From Octopus vulgaris (taxonomy: Eukaryota): 64,000 bases of DNA. Every line of letters starts with the position of its first letter. The first letter of the stretch is position 1. Below the pieces are notes generated by a model that saw only the letters and a program-made list of their open reading frames with translations, made no database searches and had not been told where the DNA came from. The stretch lies in NCBI GenBank assembly GCA_951406725.2, contig OX597822.1, positions 117,366,001-117,430,000 on the forward strand. Direction: 5' to 3'. Positions 1 to 11,665 of the stretch are shown one piece after another. The position numbers were made by a program, and so were the translations under genes.

Positions 1-328
1 ATAAATGTTAAGGATTGCGATGCAATCAATTCATTTACTGTATTATATGGGCAAAGGTAAAATGTTTTACCACAAATTCATAATTCAAAATAAGAAAATG
101 GAGAAATACATCTAAATCAAATATCAATTACCAGGTAATACTCAATCACATACTTTATTAAACCACCACGTAAGAAACTATAGGGTTAAACATAAAAAGT
201 AGAGCAAAACAGTGTACATAAAGGAGTATACATAAAAAAGTGTACATAAAAGAGTAATGTTATACAATAAGTAGAATATATATAAGAGAATATAAATATA
301 AGTAAATGTAAATATAAATATAGATTAC

Positions 329-455
329 ATCTTACAGCTGTTTCGGCCATGTAGATAAGTATGTCTCATTTTACTCATATTAGCCTTTTATGGTAAGTCA
401 ATATGTAGTTATAAATGAGACATTTACAAAAATATCATAAGGCCTCTTCGGAGAT
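329..455 (-). ncRNA. Type I hammerhead ribozyme motif (Penelope-type, U4C core variant)
   Basis: Minus strand reads AUCU-CCGAAGA-GGCC...(~90 nt)...GGCC-GAAAC-AGCU-GUA-AGAU; stems I, II and III all pair and the stem III loop is palindromic. Confidence 0.7.
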
Positions 456-1205
456 TATGTGATATAAATCAGACTATATATATACCTATATGGATGTAAA
501 AATTTAGGGGCAAGGGTTCAGAGAGTTATAACAGAAAAGGAGCATTGACTCTCAGTAATAGGTGGGGAGGGGTGCACTGACTCATAGCAAGGGAACATTG
601 AATAAGGGCTAGGAAAAGAAAAAGAGTGACAGTTTCAGAAACACTATTCTAAAGTTTCACGTAACCTGCAAGAAAGAGAACCGAAATATCCCTTGCATGA
701 TATTTCACCACCGCCACCGCCACCTGAAAACTGATATGCTAGGGTGCTGCACCAGGTTCCAATCTGATTTGGTATGATTTCTATAGCTGGAGGCCCTTCC
801 TAATGCCAACCACTCTGAGAGTGTTGCATCTGAAGAAAAAGAAATTGAATGGACACATTGGATAATGCAGATTATGATACCTTATTCCACAAAACAAAGA
901 AGAGATGGTCATGGCTGGAATGCCTTCAACATCACTTGCATGACAACGGCACTTGTTTTCATGCATCACATGAGGACAAAACAAAGGGGTCACTAGGTTT
1001 CTTTCAGTTTTAATCAACCAAGTCCACTCAAAAGGTTAGGGAAATTCGGGGCTAAAGCAGAAGACACTCAAAATGCTGTACAGTGGGACTGAACCCAAAA
1101 CTACATGGTTGGGAAACAAGCCTCTTAACCATACAGCCACACTTGCACCTATCCATGCCCAAACTTAAAACAGTTTATTAAAAAGCTGAATAAACGAATA
1201 CTTAC

Positions 1206-1303
1206 TGTATCTCTTAATAGGGTGCCGTAACCATAGCGATATGGCTGTCCAACAAGAGTGGGATTTATGATTGGCAGCTCAAAGACTATTCTAGAGCTGA
1301 CAT
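1206..1303 (-). CDS. Carotenoid oxygenase exon, last one visible in this window
   Basis: tttcag|AT GTC ... GAT ACA|gtaagt. (D)VSSRIVFELPIINPTLVGQPYRYGYGTLLRDT matches FExPxIN...GxxYRYxYG; gene continues beyond base 1. Confidence 0.92.
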
Positions 1304-1324
1304 CTGAAATACAAAATGATAGAA

Positions 1325-2335
1325 TCATTGGAGCATGTTGATGGAGGGCCCATTCAGAACTTGCTTTGATAACCACAAGTCCTCATTCAACATCCCTGAC
1401 AGATGTAACATCACAATTGTAGCTAAGCACATCTGGACTTTGAAAGGAAGCACCACAGTGTGCAGCATAAAGCGGAAGATCCAAAACAGATGCAAACCAT
1501 ACTTCAGGAAATGCAGATTATGACTGGCTGAGAAGAGAGCAATTTTAAAAGGTACCCAACGCCTGGATGTATACCTGAATAGCAGGGGTGAGGTGTTTAA
1601 TCCTTTCCCGTGTGTACATGCATGCCCCACCATGCCTTGACCTTCCTCCAATGCCCTTGGGCTTGACAAAAGGAGTTTGACCAAAACACACATCAAGGCA
1701 CTCATGTACACACACGCACACATCCCTGTAAGGCGGACACGCACACACCCCTATAAGGCGGACACCCCACAAAATAAACTGTTTCCCCTACCCCCAACAC
1801 ATACCCCTTCACACAAATTGTACCCCCATATATACACAGACCCCCTCAACACACACCACACACTAACATAAACCTCCATCCCCTGCCCACAACTTTATCC
1901 TTTACAGAAAGAAAACAGACCAACCATCACAGCTGTATACACCTACACCCCCAGGAAAAAATTAAGCATATGACACCATTACACATACTACAAACCCCAT
2001 CTCCACAGGAGCACCACATTAATAATACACACCTTTCCCACTTCAAGGTAAGTCTTGCTGGCTTCACAGCATACCACGGGACATAACTCCTAAACTAATC
2101 CCCTAGCCCTTTTGTCGTCCCACCACCATTTTCACAACAGCTGCTGACCGGTTGTGCTAATCCATCTCCAACAATAGAAAACGGTCACATTATTCCCTTC
2201 CATATCGGCTAACTCTGATGAGTGTAAAGTTATATAATTGGTTTGTTACCTAACACTCCATCATATGTTTTACATGAAACCAATTGGTAAGATCAGCTGT
2301 GATGGCCATTTAATACTATATCTTTGGATAACCTA
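1325..2335 (+). mobile_element. Penelope-like retroelement 3' fragment (GIY-YIG C-terminus, C-rich tract, terminal repeat)
   Basis: EGPFRTCFDNHKSSF...AKHIWTLK...KPY.RKCRL*LAEK...LNSRGE resembles PLE endonuclease C-termini; followed by a hammerhead. Confidence 0.75.
2207..2297 (+). ncRNA. Type I hammerhead ribozyme motif
   Basis: CUGAUGA at 2215, stem II GUGUAAA/UUUACAU, GAA-ACC-AAUU-GGU-A (cleavage predicted after 2289), imperfect stem I GCUAACU/AGAUCAGC. Confidence 0.75.
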
Positions 2336-2606
2336 TATATAAAATTTAGAGAAAAACCTCTATTAAACAATTCAATAAAGAAAGATGTTATTCACACCAT
2401 ATAGAAAACATATACTATAAAAACCTTATTCTGAAAATCAATAAAGTACAAAAACAATAAATAGTAAATAGGAGTACTATTTATTATTTATTGTTTTTGT
2501 ACTTTATTGATTTTTAGAATGTTTTTTAGTATATGTTTTCTATATGGTGTGAATAATATCTTTAATTATTGAATTGTTTAATAGAGGTTTTTCTCTAAAT
2601 TATATA
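2336..2606. repeat. AT-rich foldback palindrome (~130-bp arms)
   Basis: aatttagagaaaaacctctattaaacaattcaata... is mirrored by ...tattgaattgtttaatagaggtttttctctaaatt, with a very short spacer near 2473. Confidence 0.9.
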
Positions 2607-3012
2607 CATGTATTATATATTGTGAAATTTGATTTAGAATTGCTAAATTGAATTTTTCCCTGTAAGTTTAGAATTATATTCCCTATTGTTACACACACAC
2701 ACAAACAATGTAAGTGGGTTTCTGCACACTTTCTGTTAACTAAGTTCCACTTGCTCTTGGCATCCCACAGTACCATCATATCCAACAATGACATTATTGC
2801 AAAGTAAACTTCTTAACCATAATGCTACATCTATGTCAATAAAATGGTGAGGAAACTTTTGGAACCACAAATTCGAAGCTCAGTATGGACAATTCTTCAG
2901 TATAATTATCAATCACTCCCAAAATTACAAACAAAACCCCAGCAACACCGTGGTACAGATAATGAGTTCAATTAATTTGTTGGAGTAGTTTATGCGAAAT
3001 ATTTTATTTTAC

Positions 3013-3124
3013 CTGAAGGATCATCATTTAAATAATCACAAGTAAGGAAAATGCTGCCATCGGCTCTCTTGGTAGCTGTAGCTTTACTTCCTTCCAGAGT
3101 TACAAGATTAGTTCCAACAGGTGT
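3013..3124 (-). CDS. Carotenoid oxygenase exon (not in ORF track)
   Basis: ttttag|ACA CCT ... TCA G|gtaaaa. TPVGTNLVTLEGSKATATKRADGSIFLTCDYLNDDPS matches the GxNLVTL...ATA...DGSI segment. Confidence 0.92.
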
Positions 3125-3909
3125 CTAAAATATGAAAGCATTATAACCTTTCAGAATAGTGAGCAATGCAAAGTATATGGTCTAGCATCAGTGAATGAAT
3201 GTTTGCTTTTGTTTTTGCATTCCAAGGTTTTTAATATGATAGCATGCATTAAAACTGATATTGTTTTTTGAGAGGGTCATACTGCCAATAAAAGCACATG
3301 CACTGGTTATATTTCACTTCAGTTATATAATTAATAAATTGATCAATATCAATTATGTCTATGAAACCTAGGGCCACAGGGTTAGGAAGCAAGCTTACAG
3401 CCATGCCTCCCCCCGTAACCATGCAAGATGAATAGGATTAAAAAATACAGAATGTAACGATTATGGAAATTGTTCTGTCATTTAGAGAGAGAGTCTCAGA
3501 TTTATAAGAGGATGCCCCATGAAGTGGAGTGAGTGTTGTTGGCCATTCTCTATGACAATGCTATTGCGGTCATTACCGTGGGTCACGGCTGAGCACATTA
3601 CTTGCTCTGGGGTATGCAGCCCATCACCCCTTCCCACTCCATCTTACGCTCTGTACCCCTTCCTTTTTGTCTTTTCTTTCTTTTCCTTTCTTATATCTTT
3701 TTTTCCTGTTACTTTGTTACTTTAACCCTTTAAAATTCAGATTATTCTGCCAAATGTAATGCTTATTTATACAGCATTGTTTAGTAGCTTCAAGATTTTG
3801 ATGACTGCATAATTTTAGAATGACATTGTAAGGTAGGTGTGAAAGGCCAGATCTGCCCAGTTTGAACATAAAACAGGTAGAATATTTGACCAAGATATGG
3901 CTGGTTTAA

Positions 3910-4128
3910 CCCTTTTGATACAAACCCGGCTGAAACCGGCTCTGGCTCTGTAGTACAAATGTCTTGTTTTCAAAAGTTCTTAATTAAAATCTTCCACCAA
4001 ACCTTAGTCACAATTTATGTTCCTAACACTAGCTTAATGATAACGAAGTTATTTTACTAAATTCTTTGTTATATTTAAAGTAATTGAAAGAAACACAGCA
4101 TCTCAAAATAAATACAGTAACGAAAGGG
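3910..4128. mobile_element. piggyBac-like MITE nested in an older related element that starts at ~3722
   Basis: TTAA|CCCTTTTGATAC ... GTAACGAAAGGG|TTAA. Confidence 0.8.
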
Positions 4129-4314
4129 TTAAAAGCTAAATGCTTAAATAACAGGATGCTAATGAAGATTGTAAGATGGTTTTCTCAAGAGCTCAACGAT
4201 ATAAACGAAGTGAAATAATTACAATTAGGAATAAAAACTCGAATAATAACAGGTTCTGCTTATTATCTAAAAGTGATGTGTTTCTAAAGTGTTGATGAAA
4301 ATATTGCATCTTAC

Positions 4315-4563
4315 CTCTTCGTTGACGTCGAGTGGGAGAACATATCGCATGAAAAATGCAGTTGCATCAATTTCCGTGCTTTTCTCCAAACTTTTTACAT
4401 AAAGACGTTGAACAACGGCTGAGTCGTTATAACCACATAAGTCAACAACCAAATGTCCTTTCTCTTCAAAGGAGTTTATAAAATGGAAGCAGAACACATT
4501 TTCTGCACGGTAAGCTATTTTCAGCCGTTCTCCATTTTTCTTTTGCAAAACATTAAACATAAC
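4315..4563 (-). CDS. Carotenoid oxygenase exon (third His ligand)
   Basis: ttttcag|GTT ATG ... GAA GAG|gtaaga. VMFNVLQKKNGE...FCFHFINSFEEKGHLVVDLCGY...RYVLPLDVNEE matches FHxINxxExxGxxxxD and RYVLPL; 83 codons. Confidence 0.94.
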
Positions 4564-5846
4564 CTGAAAAATGTACAAATATTGAACTTTAAAAAAAAAT
4601 CCAGGTCCAAATGGCTGGAGAGGAAACATTATCAGGAAACAAGTTTTAGATCAATGTGGTTTTGAGGTTGAGTGGTTGGGTGATGGTATAGGTGCAGATG
4701 TGGCAGTGTAGTTAACAACACTGAATGAATGTTCGCTTTTGTTTCTGCTTCTCAAGATTTTTGATATGACAGCATGTATTAAAACTGATTTTGTATTTTG
4801 AGAGGGTCATATTGCCAATAAAAGCTCATGCACTGGTTATATTCACTTCAATTATATTACCAATCAATTATATAATTAATCAATCAATCAATATCAATTA
4901 ACCAATGGTTTTAATTTCATTCTGCACGGTAATTTTTATTAAGCACCTTCTCCTAAGCCAACCAAAACCTTGTGAGTGGATTCTAAGACAAAAACTATAT
5001 TCATGTATTTTCTTTTCCCCCCTCATCATCGTTTTAACATTCACTTTTCTATGACTGCATGGGTCAGGTGAAGTTTTTCCTTATTGCCAGATATCCTTTC
5101 TGCTTCAACCCTCACCTGTTTCCAGGTAATATTTCCCCATGACCAAACATGTTTTTACGGAAGATTGGAAACGAAGGAGACTGCTTGCATGACGGTGATA
5201 CTTGTCTGCAACTATCACATAAAATCAAAGTAAGGAGACACGAACATACACATACACAGAGACATGTATGTATGTGCGTACATTCAGTCATAGAAACCAT
5301 GTCATAGGAGCTAGTGGACCATGATGTAGTCCTTAGACCCACTGGACCCTGTCAGTCTGTTCAACCAATGCTAGCATGGAATAAAGAAGTTAATACTTAT
5401 CTCCACTTATACATGGATGTTCCGTTAGAACAAACTTTACTGTAGTAGTTGTCATGAGAGAAATTCTCACATTGGCTTTTTGGTGCAAAATGCCTTTTTG
5501 TTTATATTGGTAGCAGGGGAGATAAATCCCCACCACCTCCAATGCTGAGACCCCCAAATCACAGGATTTCGACCTTGTTTGGTCTTGTCAATGATGAACA
5601 CTCATATGATCTGGTGGTCTCAGTGCTGAAGGTATCGGGAATTTATCTCCCCACTGGCGATATAAACAAGAAAGCATTTTGCACCATAATAACTTTATTG
5701 ATGATGGTGATGATTAGAGATAGATAGAAATGTTATATGTCAGTGTGAATGTGTGTTTGTGTATGTGAGAGAGAGAGGGAGGGAAAGAGAGAGAAAGAGT
5801 AAAGAGTATCTACATGAGCTACTTTAAGTTTCATGTTTATACATAC

Positions 5847-6055
5847 CTCCTCTTTATCAAACACTGACATGCACTCCACGAAGGCATAGCCTAAGATCTT
5901 GGCAAAAGCAGCTTTGAAAAGGTTGAAGCATAAGTTCTGTTCCAGAATGATAAAGTAGTTTTCTGACATTCCAAAACTATGGCTATATGCATAATGAGAT
6001 TTCCATCTTGATGGCACACTTCCGACAATACGGAGGTTATCAAATGGCTTGGCAT
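5847..6055 (-). CDS. Carotenoid oxygenase exon (second His ligand)
   Basis: gatag|AT GCC ... GAG GAG|gtatgt. (D)AKPFDNLRIVGSVPSRWKSHYAYSHSFGMSENYFIILEQ...DKEE matches YxHSFGxxENYxxxxEQ. Confidence 0.94.
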
Positions 6056-6144
6056 CTATCAAATAAAAACAAACAATATTTAGATAGTTGTACATACCTT
6101 TACTCAACCACATATTTCCTATTTTGTTCCCCTACCTTTAACAT

Positions 6145-6495
6145 TCATCATCATCATCATCATCGTTTAATGTCCGCTTTCCATGCTAGCATGGGTTGGA
6201 CGGTTCAACTGGGGTCTGGGAAGCCAGGAGGCTGCACCAAGCTCAGTCTGATCTGGCAGTGTTTCTACAGCTGGATGCCCTTCCTAACGCCAACCACTCC
6301 ATGAGTGTAGTGGGTGCTTTTTACGTGCAACCGGCACAGGTGCCAGATGAGGCTGGCAAACAGCCACGATTGGATGGTGCTTTTTATGTGCCACCGGCAC
6401 GGAGACCAGACGAGGCTGGCAACAGCCATGATCGGATCGTGCTTTTTATGTGCCACTGGCACGGAGGCCAGTCAGGACGGTGCTGGCAACGGCCG
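6145..6495 (-). mobile_element. RTE-LINE 3' UTR fragment with ~60-bp tandem units and (GAT)n tail
   Basis: Shares catgctagcatggaaagcggac...gatgatgat tail and the ggaagggcatccagctgtagaaac block with the RT-bearing copies at 17.1-18.3 kb and 20-21.8 kb. Confidence 0.75.
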
Positions 6496-6613
6496 TAAAT
6501 ATAAATGTAAATATTTATTGGCTAAACTGGCAAAATGACCATTCCGAAATATAACAATACATATATATATATGTATATATATATATGTGTAAATATATAT
6601 ATGTATATATATA

Positions 6614-6664
<51 letters not shown>

Positions 6665-6691
6665 ATATGTAAATATATATATATGTGTGTG

Positions 6692-6743
<52 letters not shown>

Positions 6744-7148
6744 TATATACGCACACATATGGCTGGTGATAAGAAGTTTGCTTCCCAAACTCATGATTCC
6801 AGCTTCAGTCTGACCAAAGCCTTGTGCATGGATTTGGTTGACAGAAACTGAAAGAAGCCTGTTGTATATATATAAGTATACATATTTATGCATGTGTGTG
6901 CCACTGTGTTTGTGATTGTCCCCACCACCACCACCACCACCATCGCTTGACATGAGCCACACCTACAATTGCCATTTGATTTGAGCATATCTGAAGGTAA
7001 ACTCGTGGTGTCTATTTGCGCATCACAAAATAATACTTTAAAGGACATAACCAGTATAGCAGCAGGGTATAAAATATACTTCCTTAATTATCTCCTACCT
7101 AAGTTTAGATTAAAATTATCAAGTATGAATGAACTACACACACACATA

Positions 7149-7180
<32 letters not shown>

Positions 7181-7248
7181 CATATTACAATTGTTTGTTT
7201 GTTTTCCACCTGCCTTCGTCTTTTGTCTATTTTCATAAAGCTTCCCGT

Positions 7249-7277
<29 letters not shown>

Positions 7278-7279
<2 letters not shown>

Positions 7280-7795
7280 TCATCATCATCATCATCGTTT
7301 AACATCCGCTTTCCATGCTAGCATGGGTTGGACGGTTCAACTGGGGTCTGGCAAGCCCGAAGGCTGCACCAGGCCAGTCAGATCTGGCAGTGTTTCTACA
7401 GCTGGATGCCCTTCCTAACGCCAACCACTCCAAGAGTGTAGTGGGTGATTTTATGTGCCACTGACACAGGTGCCAGATGAGGCTGGCAGACGGTCACGCT
7501 CGGATGGTGTTTTTTATGTGCCACCGACACAGGTGCCAGACGAGGCTGGCAGACGGCCATGCTCGGATGGTGTTTTCTTATGTGCCACCGACACAGGTGC
7601 CAGACGAGGCTGGTGAACGCCCACGCTCGGATGGTGTTTGTTACGTGCCCTCAGTACGGAGGCCAGTCGATGTGGTACTGGCTACGGTCACGTTCGGATG
7701 GTTTTCTTATGTGCCACCGGCACTGGTACCACAAGGATACAAATTCCATTGATGTTCATCTATTTTGATTTGGTTTGATTTGATTTGATTCTCAT
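7278..7795 (-). mobile_element. RTE-LINE 3' UTR fragment with tandem units
   Basis: Same tail and about four ~60-bp units; closely matches the reverse complement of 19140-19650. Confidence 0.8.
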
Positions 7796-8532
7796 TGACT
7801 ACGCATACTCAATGTCCATATTTTATTTGTTTGCTGGTCTGCTGCAGTATTACACCTGGAGAATGACCCCCTTCATTGCTCTAGATGTTAAAACACCTGA
7901 AAGTCATAGAAAGGTGATAAAACTCACCTCCAGTTCCATTCAGGAGTGATGGATACTTACATTTGGCCATTTTTGTGGCTTATTAATGACTTTCAGGTGT
8001 TTTAGTATCACAGTGAACCAGCAAACAAACAAAACACAAACTCTGAGTATGTGCACTTGATAATGTTTGCAGCAGTAGTGTTGCTTTTAATTAGTTATTG
8101 AACTAATTATGTTTGCCTATGCATGTATGCATGTGCCTCTTTGTCTTGGCATTGCATGATAGTTGTAAACGAGCATCACTGTCATCAAAGGGGTGTCATT
8201 TATTTCCAATCATCCATGAAAATATATGCAGTCATGTGGAAAAATTACCTTATTTGGAAACAGATGAGTATTGGTAAGCGGAAGAGTATCTGACTGCTGA
8301 AATTCTACTTCAACAAAGGACAACTCACCCATGCAAGTATGGAAAAGTGGACATAAAATGATGATAATTATAATGCTGATGATAATTATAATGCTGATGA
8401 TGATGATGTTGATCCTCCTAACACCTCACTTCATCTTAAGGTATCCACCTCACAATCAATTCCTGGCAGCAAATTATTTTCCATTGCTCCAGTCCACTCA
8501 GCTGGTAAAAATCGAATTGTACCTGAATCGGA

Positions 8533-8655
8533 AAGCAATAATGGGGGGGGGGGGGGGGACAAACAACGACACAAATATACACATACAGAAATATACACAC
8601 ACACACACATACATACATATAAATATATATATGTGTGTGTGTATATACGTATATA

Positions 8656-8688
<33 letters not shown>

Positions 8689-9051
8689 ACAATGGGCTTC
8701 TTTCAGATTCCCATCTATCAAATCTACTCATAAGGCTTTGGTTAGCCTGAAGCTATAGCAGAAGACACTTGCCCAAAGTGCTATGCAGTGGTACTGAACC
8801 TGGAACCTTGTGGTTGGGAAGTGAGCTTCTTACCACACAGCCGTACCTGCACCTGTCGAGTTTGTAAAAATATCTTAATTTCCTTTTCTTTTAAAGAATT
8901 CTTAAGGACATCTTAGAAACAAGCTAAGACATTTCAGTTAAATCATGTTTGTTTTCTCTTTTTATTTAGGCACAGGCATGGCTCTCTGGTAAGAAGTTTG
9001 TTTCCCTACCACTTGGTCTCAGGTTCAGTCCTACTGCATGGCACTTTGGGC
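8533..9051. repeat. Left arm of inverted duplication (two SINE heads plus unique spacer)
   Basis: Reverse complement of 10206-10658, including the non-SINE spacer at 8856-8968. Confidence 0.9.
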
Positions 9052-9673
9052 CATGCCTTGTAAAAGGGCCAGCCATGTCACACTCTGTGTCATGCTGAAT
9101 CTCCCTGAGAACAACATTAAGGGTACTCATGTCTGTGGAGTGCTCAGTCAGTTACATGTTAATTGCATGAGTGGTCAGTTCTGTTGATTTGACCAACTGG
9201 AACCCTTGTTGCCATAACAGAGAGAGAGAGAGTGCCAGTTAGTTAGTACCAAAAGTAAATTCCCAAATTCAAATAACACTACAAACCTTTGTTGTGTCTG
9301 GGGAGAGCCATTTTCTTTTTGTGCCTTATGATTTAACACACTCACCAGTAAAATTTCCACTTTATTTTTCTTATTTTTCTTTTTTTAACATTTTCGTTGC
9401 GTCTTGCAACCTTTTCAATAGTCTTGATTCTGTCCGTTATTTACACTGCGTTCCTTTTTGTTTGTTTGTGCACATATGGGTGGGTCAGTGTGTGTGTGTG
9501 TGCTTATGCATGCATGTATGTATGTATGTATTCATGTGTATGTATGTATGTATGTGTGTGTATGCATATGTATATGTGTATGTATGACTCTCCCCAGACA
9601 CAACAGAAAATGCTTCAACACGCGAACTCAAATAAAGAATCTTGCAAACCAAATCCCAAAACGAGCTACAAAC

Positions 9674-9821
9674 CTTTGTCGTCATTTGGTTCACTTGCTA
9701 TGATGTTGTGGGCCATTTGTTTATTTCTGAAGTTTGATCCTAGGTTATATATTGTTCCATTCTGGTCCTTAAGTGGGTGAGCAGTGGCAGAGTGGACAGC
9801 AATTAAATTGGTTAGTTTAAC
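9674..9821 (-). CDS. Carotenoid oxygenase exon carrying the first iron-ligand His (not in ORF track)
   Basis: cttccag|GTT AAA ... GAC AAA G|gtttgt. VKLTNLIAVHSATAHPLKDQNGTIYNLGSNFRNKQMAHNIIASEPNDDK; TAHP and GTxYN motifs; 148 nt, phase 0 to 1. Confidence 0.92.
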
Positions 9822-10205
9822 CTGGAAGTAAGCAAATTGATTTCCTTTTAGTTACAAAGATAGTTCTTTTATAAGAAAACACGAAATATGGACTTGGGTA
9901 TTTCTGTACCTTGAGGCTTCAGGTTCACTCCCACTGCACAGCACTTGGGCAAGATTTTTGGCTGTAGCCAAGGTCTTATGAGTGGATTTAATAGATGGAA
10001 ACAGACATGTTTTCATGGAAGACTGAGAATGAAGGACACTGCTTGTATGACAGTGATACTCGTTTACAGCTATCACATAAAATCAAGGCAAGGAGACAGT
10101 AACAGACACACACACATATATGAGAAGCATCTTTTAGCTGTCTACCAAATCCCCAAATCCACTCACAAGGCTTTGGTCAGCCTGAGGCTATAGTAGAAGA
10201 CAATT

Positions 10206-10658
10206 GCCCAAGGTGCCATGCAGTAGGACTGAACCTGAGACCAAGTGGTAGGGAAACAAACTTCTTACCATAGAGCCATGCCTGTGCCTAAATAAAAAGA
10301 GAAAACAAACATGCTTTAACTGAAATGTCTTAGCTTGTTTCTAAGATGTCCTTAAGAATTCCTTAAAAGAAAAGGAAATTAAGATATTTTTACAAACTCA
10401 ACAGGTGCAGGTATGGCTGTGTGGTAAGAAGCTCGCTTCCCAACCACATGGTTCCAGGTTCAGTCCCACTGCATTGTACTTTGAGCAAGTATCTTCTACT
10501 ATAACCTTTGGCCGACCAAAGCCTTGTGAGTAGATTTGATAGATGGGAATCTGAAAGAAGCCCATTGTGTGTATATATATATATGTATGTATATGTATGT
10601 GTATGTTTATATTTCTGTGTGTGTGTGTGTGTCATTGTTTGTCCCCCCATTATTGCTT
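10206..10658. repeat. Right arm of inverted duplication
   Basis: Mirrors 8533-9051; the SINE in this arm continues to ~10830. Confidence 0.9.
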
Positions 10659-10860
10659 GACAACTGATGTTGGGGTGTTTACGTACCTGTAACCTAGTGG
10701 TTCAGGAAAAAAGATCGATAGAATAAGTACTAGGCTTACAAAGTAGAAGCCCTGGGGTCGATGCTTGCGACTAAAACCCTTGAAGGCAGCTCTCCAGCAA
10801 AGCAACAGTCAAACGACTGAAATAGGTGAAAATAAAAAGGACAAAAGAAAAGATACCTAC

Positions 10861-11002
10861 AGTGTCAACTGGGTCCAGTGAATCGGGGTCAATTTGTAGG
10901 ACTCTGTCAACTTCTGTCATAGTAAAGAAAGCATCACCATGTTTGACAACATTCACAGATGTATTGTCAGTGAATTCATCCATTTTAAAGTAGGAGAAAA
11001 AC
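10861..11002 (-). CDS. Carotenoid oxygenase exon
   Basis: ttttctag|G TTT ... GAC ACT|gtaggt. (R)FFSYFKMDEFTDNTSVNVVKHGDAFFTMTEVDRVLQIDPDSLDPVDT with TDN and TE motifs; phase joins the previous exon. Confidence 0.93.
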
Positions 11003-11261
11003 CTAGAAAATAAAAGCATGACAAAATAGAAAGCATGTCAGAAATAGAAAGTGAACATAAGATGATGATGATGATGATGATGATCTATTCTTGGACTGAT
11101 GTACTTGAAACATTTTATTATTACATTTCTCATGAAATACACTGTCTTTGTTTCAGTTAATTTTGAAAATAATAAAGGATTTAGGGAAATAACATTGTCA
11201 TTATTAAGCTGATGCATGCTGGGTAAAAATGCTTAGTGTCATTTTGTCTGTTTTTATATAT

Positions 11262-11665
11262 TTCTTTACTACCCACAAGGGGCTTGACATAGAGGGGACA
11301 AACAAAGAGATTAAGTCGATTACATCGACCCCAGTGCATAACTGGTACTTAATTTATCGACCCTGAAAGGATGAATGGCAACGTCGACCTCGGCGGAATT
11401 TGAACTCAGAATGTAATGGCAGACGAAATACCTATTTCTTTACTACCCACAAGGGGCTAAACACAGAGAGGACAAACAAGGACAGACAAATGGATTAAGT
11501 CGATTACATCGACCCCAGTGTGTAACTGGTACTTAATTTAACGACCCCGAAAGGATGAAAGGCAAAGTTGACCTCGGTGGAATTTGAACTCAGAATGTAA
11601 TGGCAGACGAAATACCGCTAACAATTTCGCCCGGCGTGCTAACGTTTCTGCCAACTCACCACCTT
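11262..11665 (-). mobile_element. tRNA-derived SINE (family B), dimeric
   Basis: Two tandem body units with the gcctttcatcctttcggggtcg core; junction gaaatacctatttc at ~11424-11437. Confidence 0.8.
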
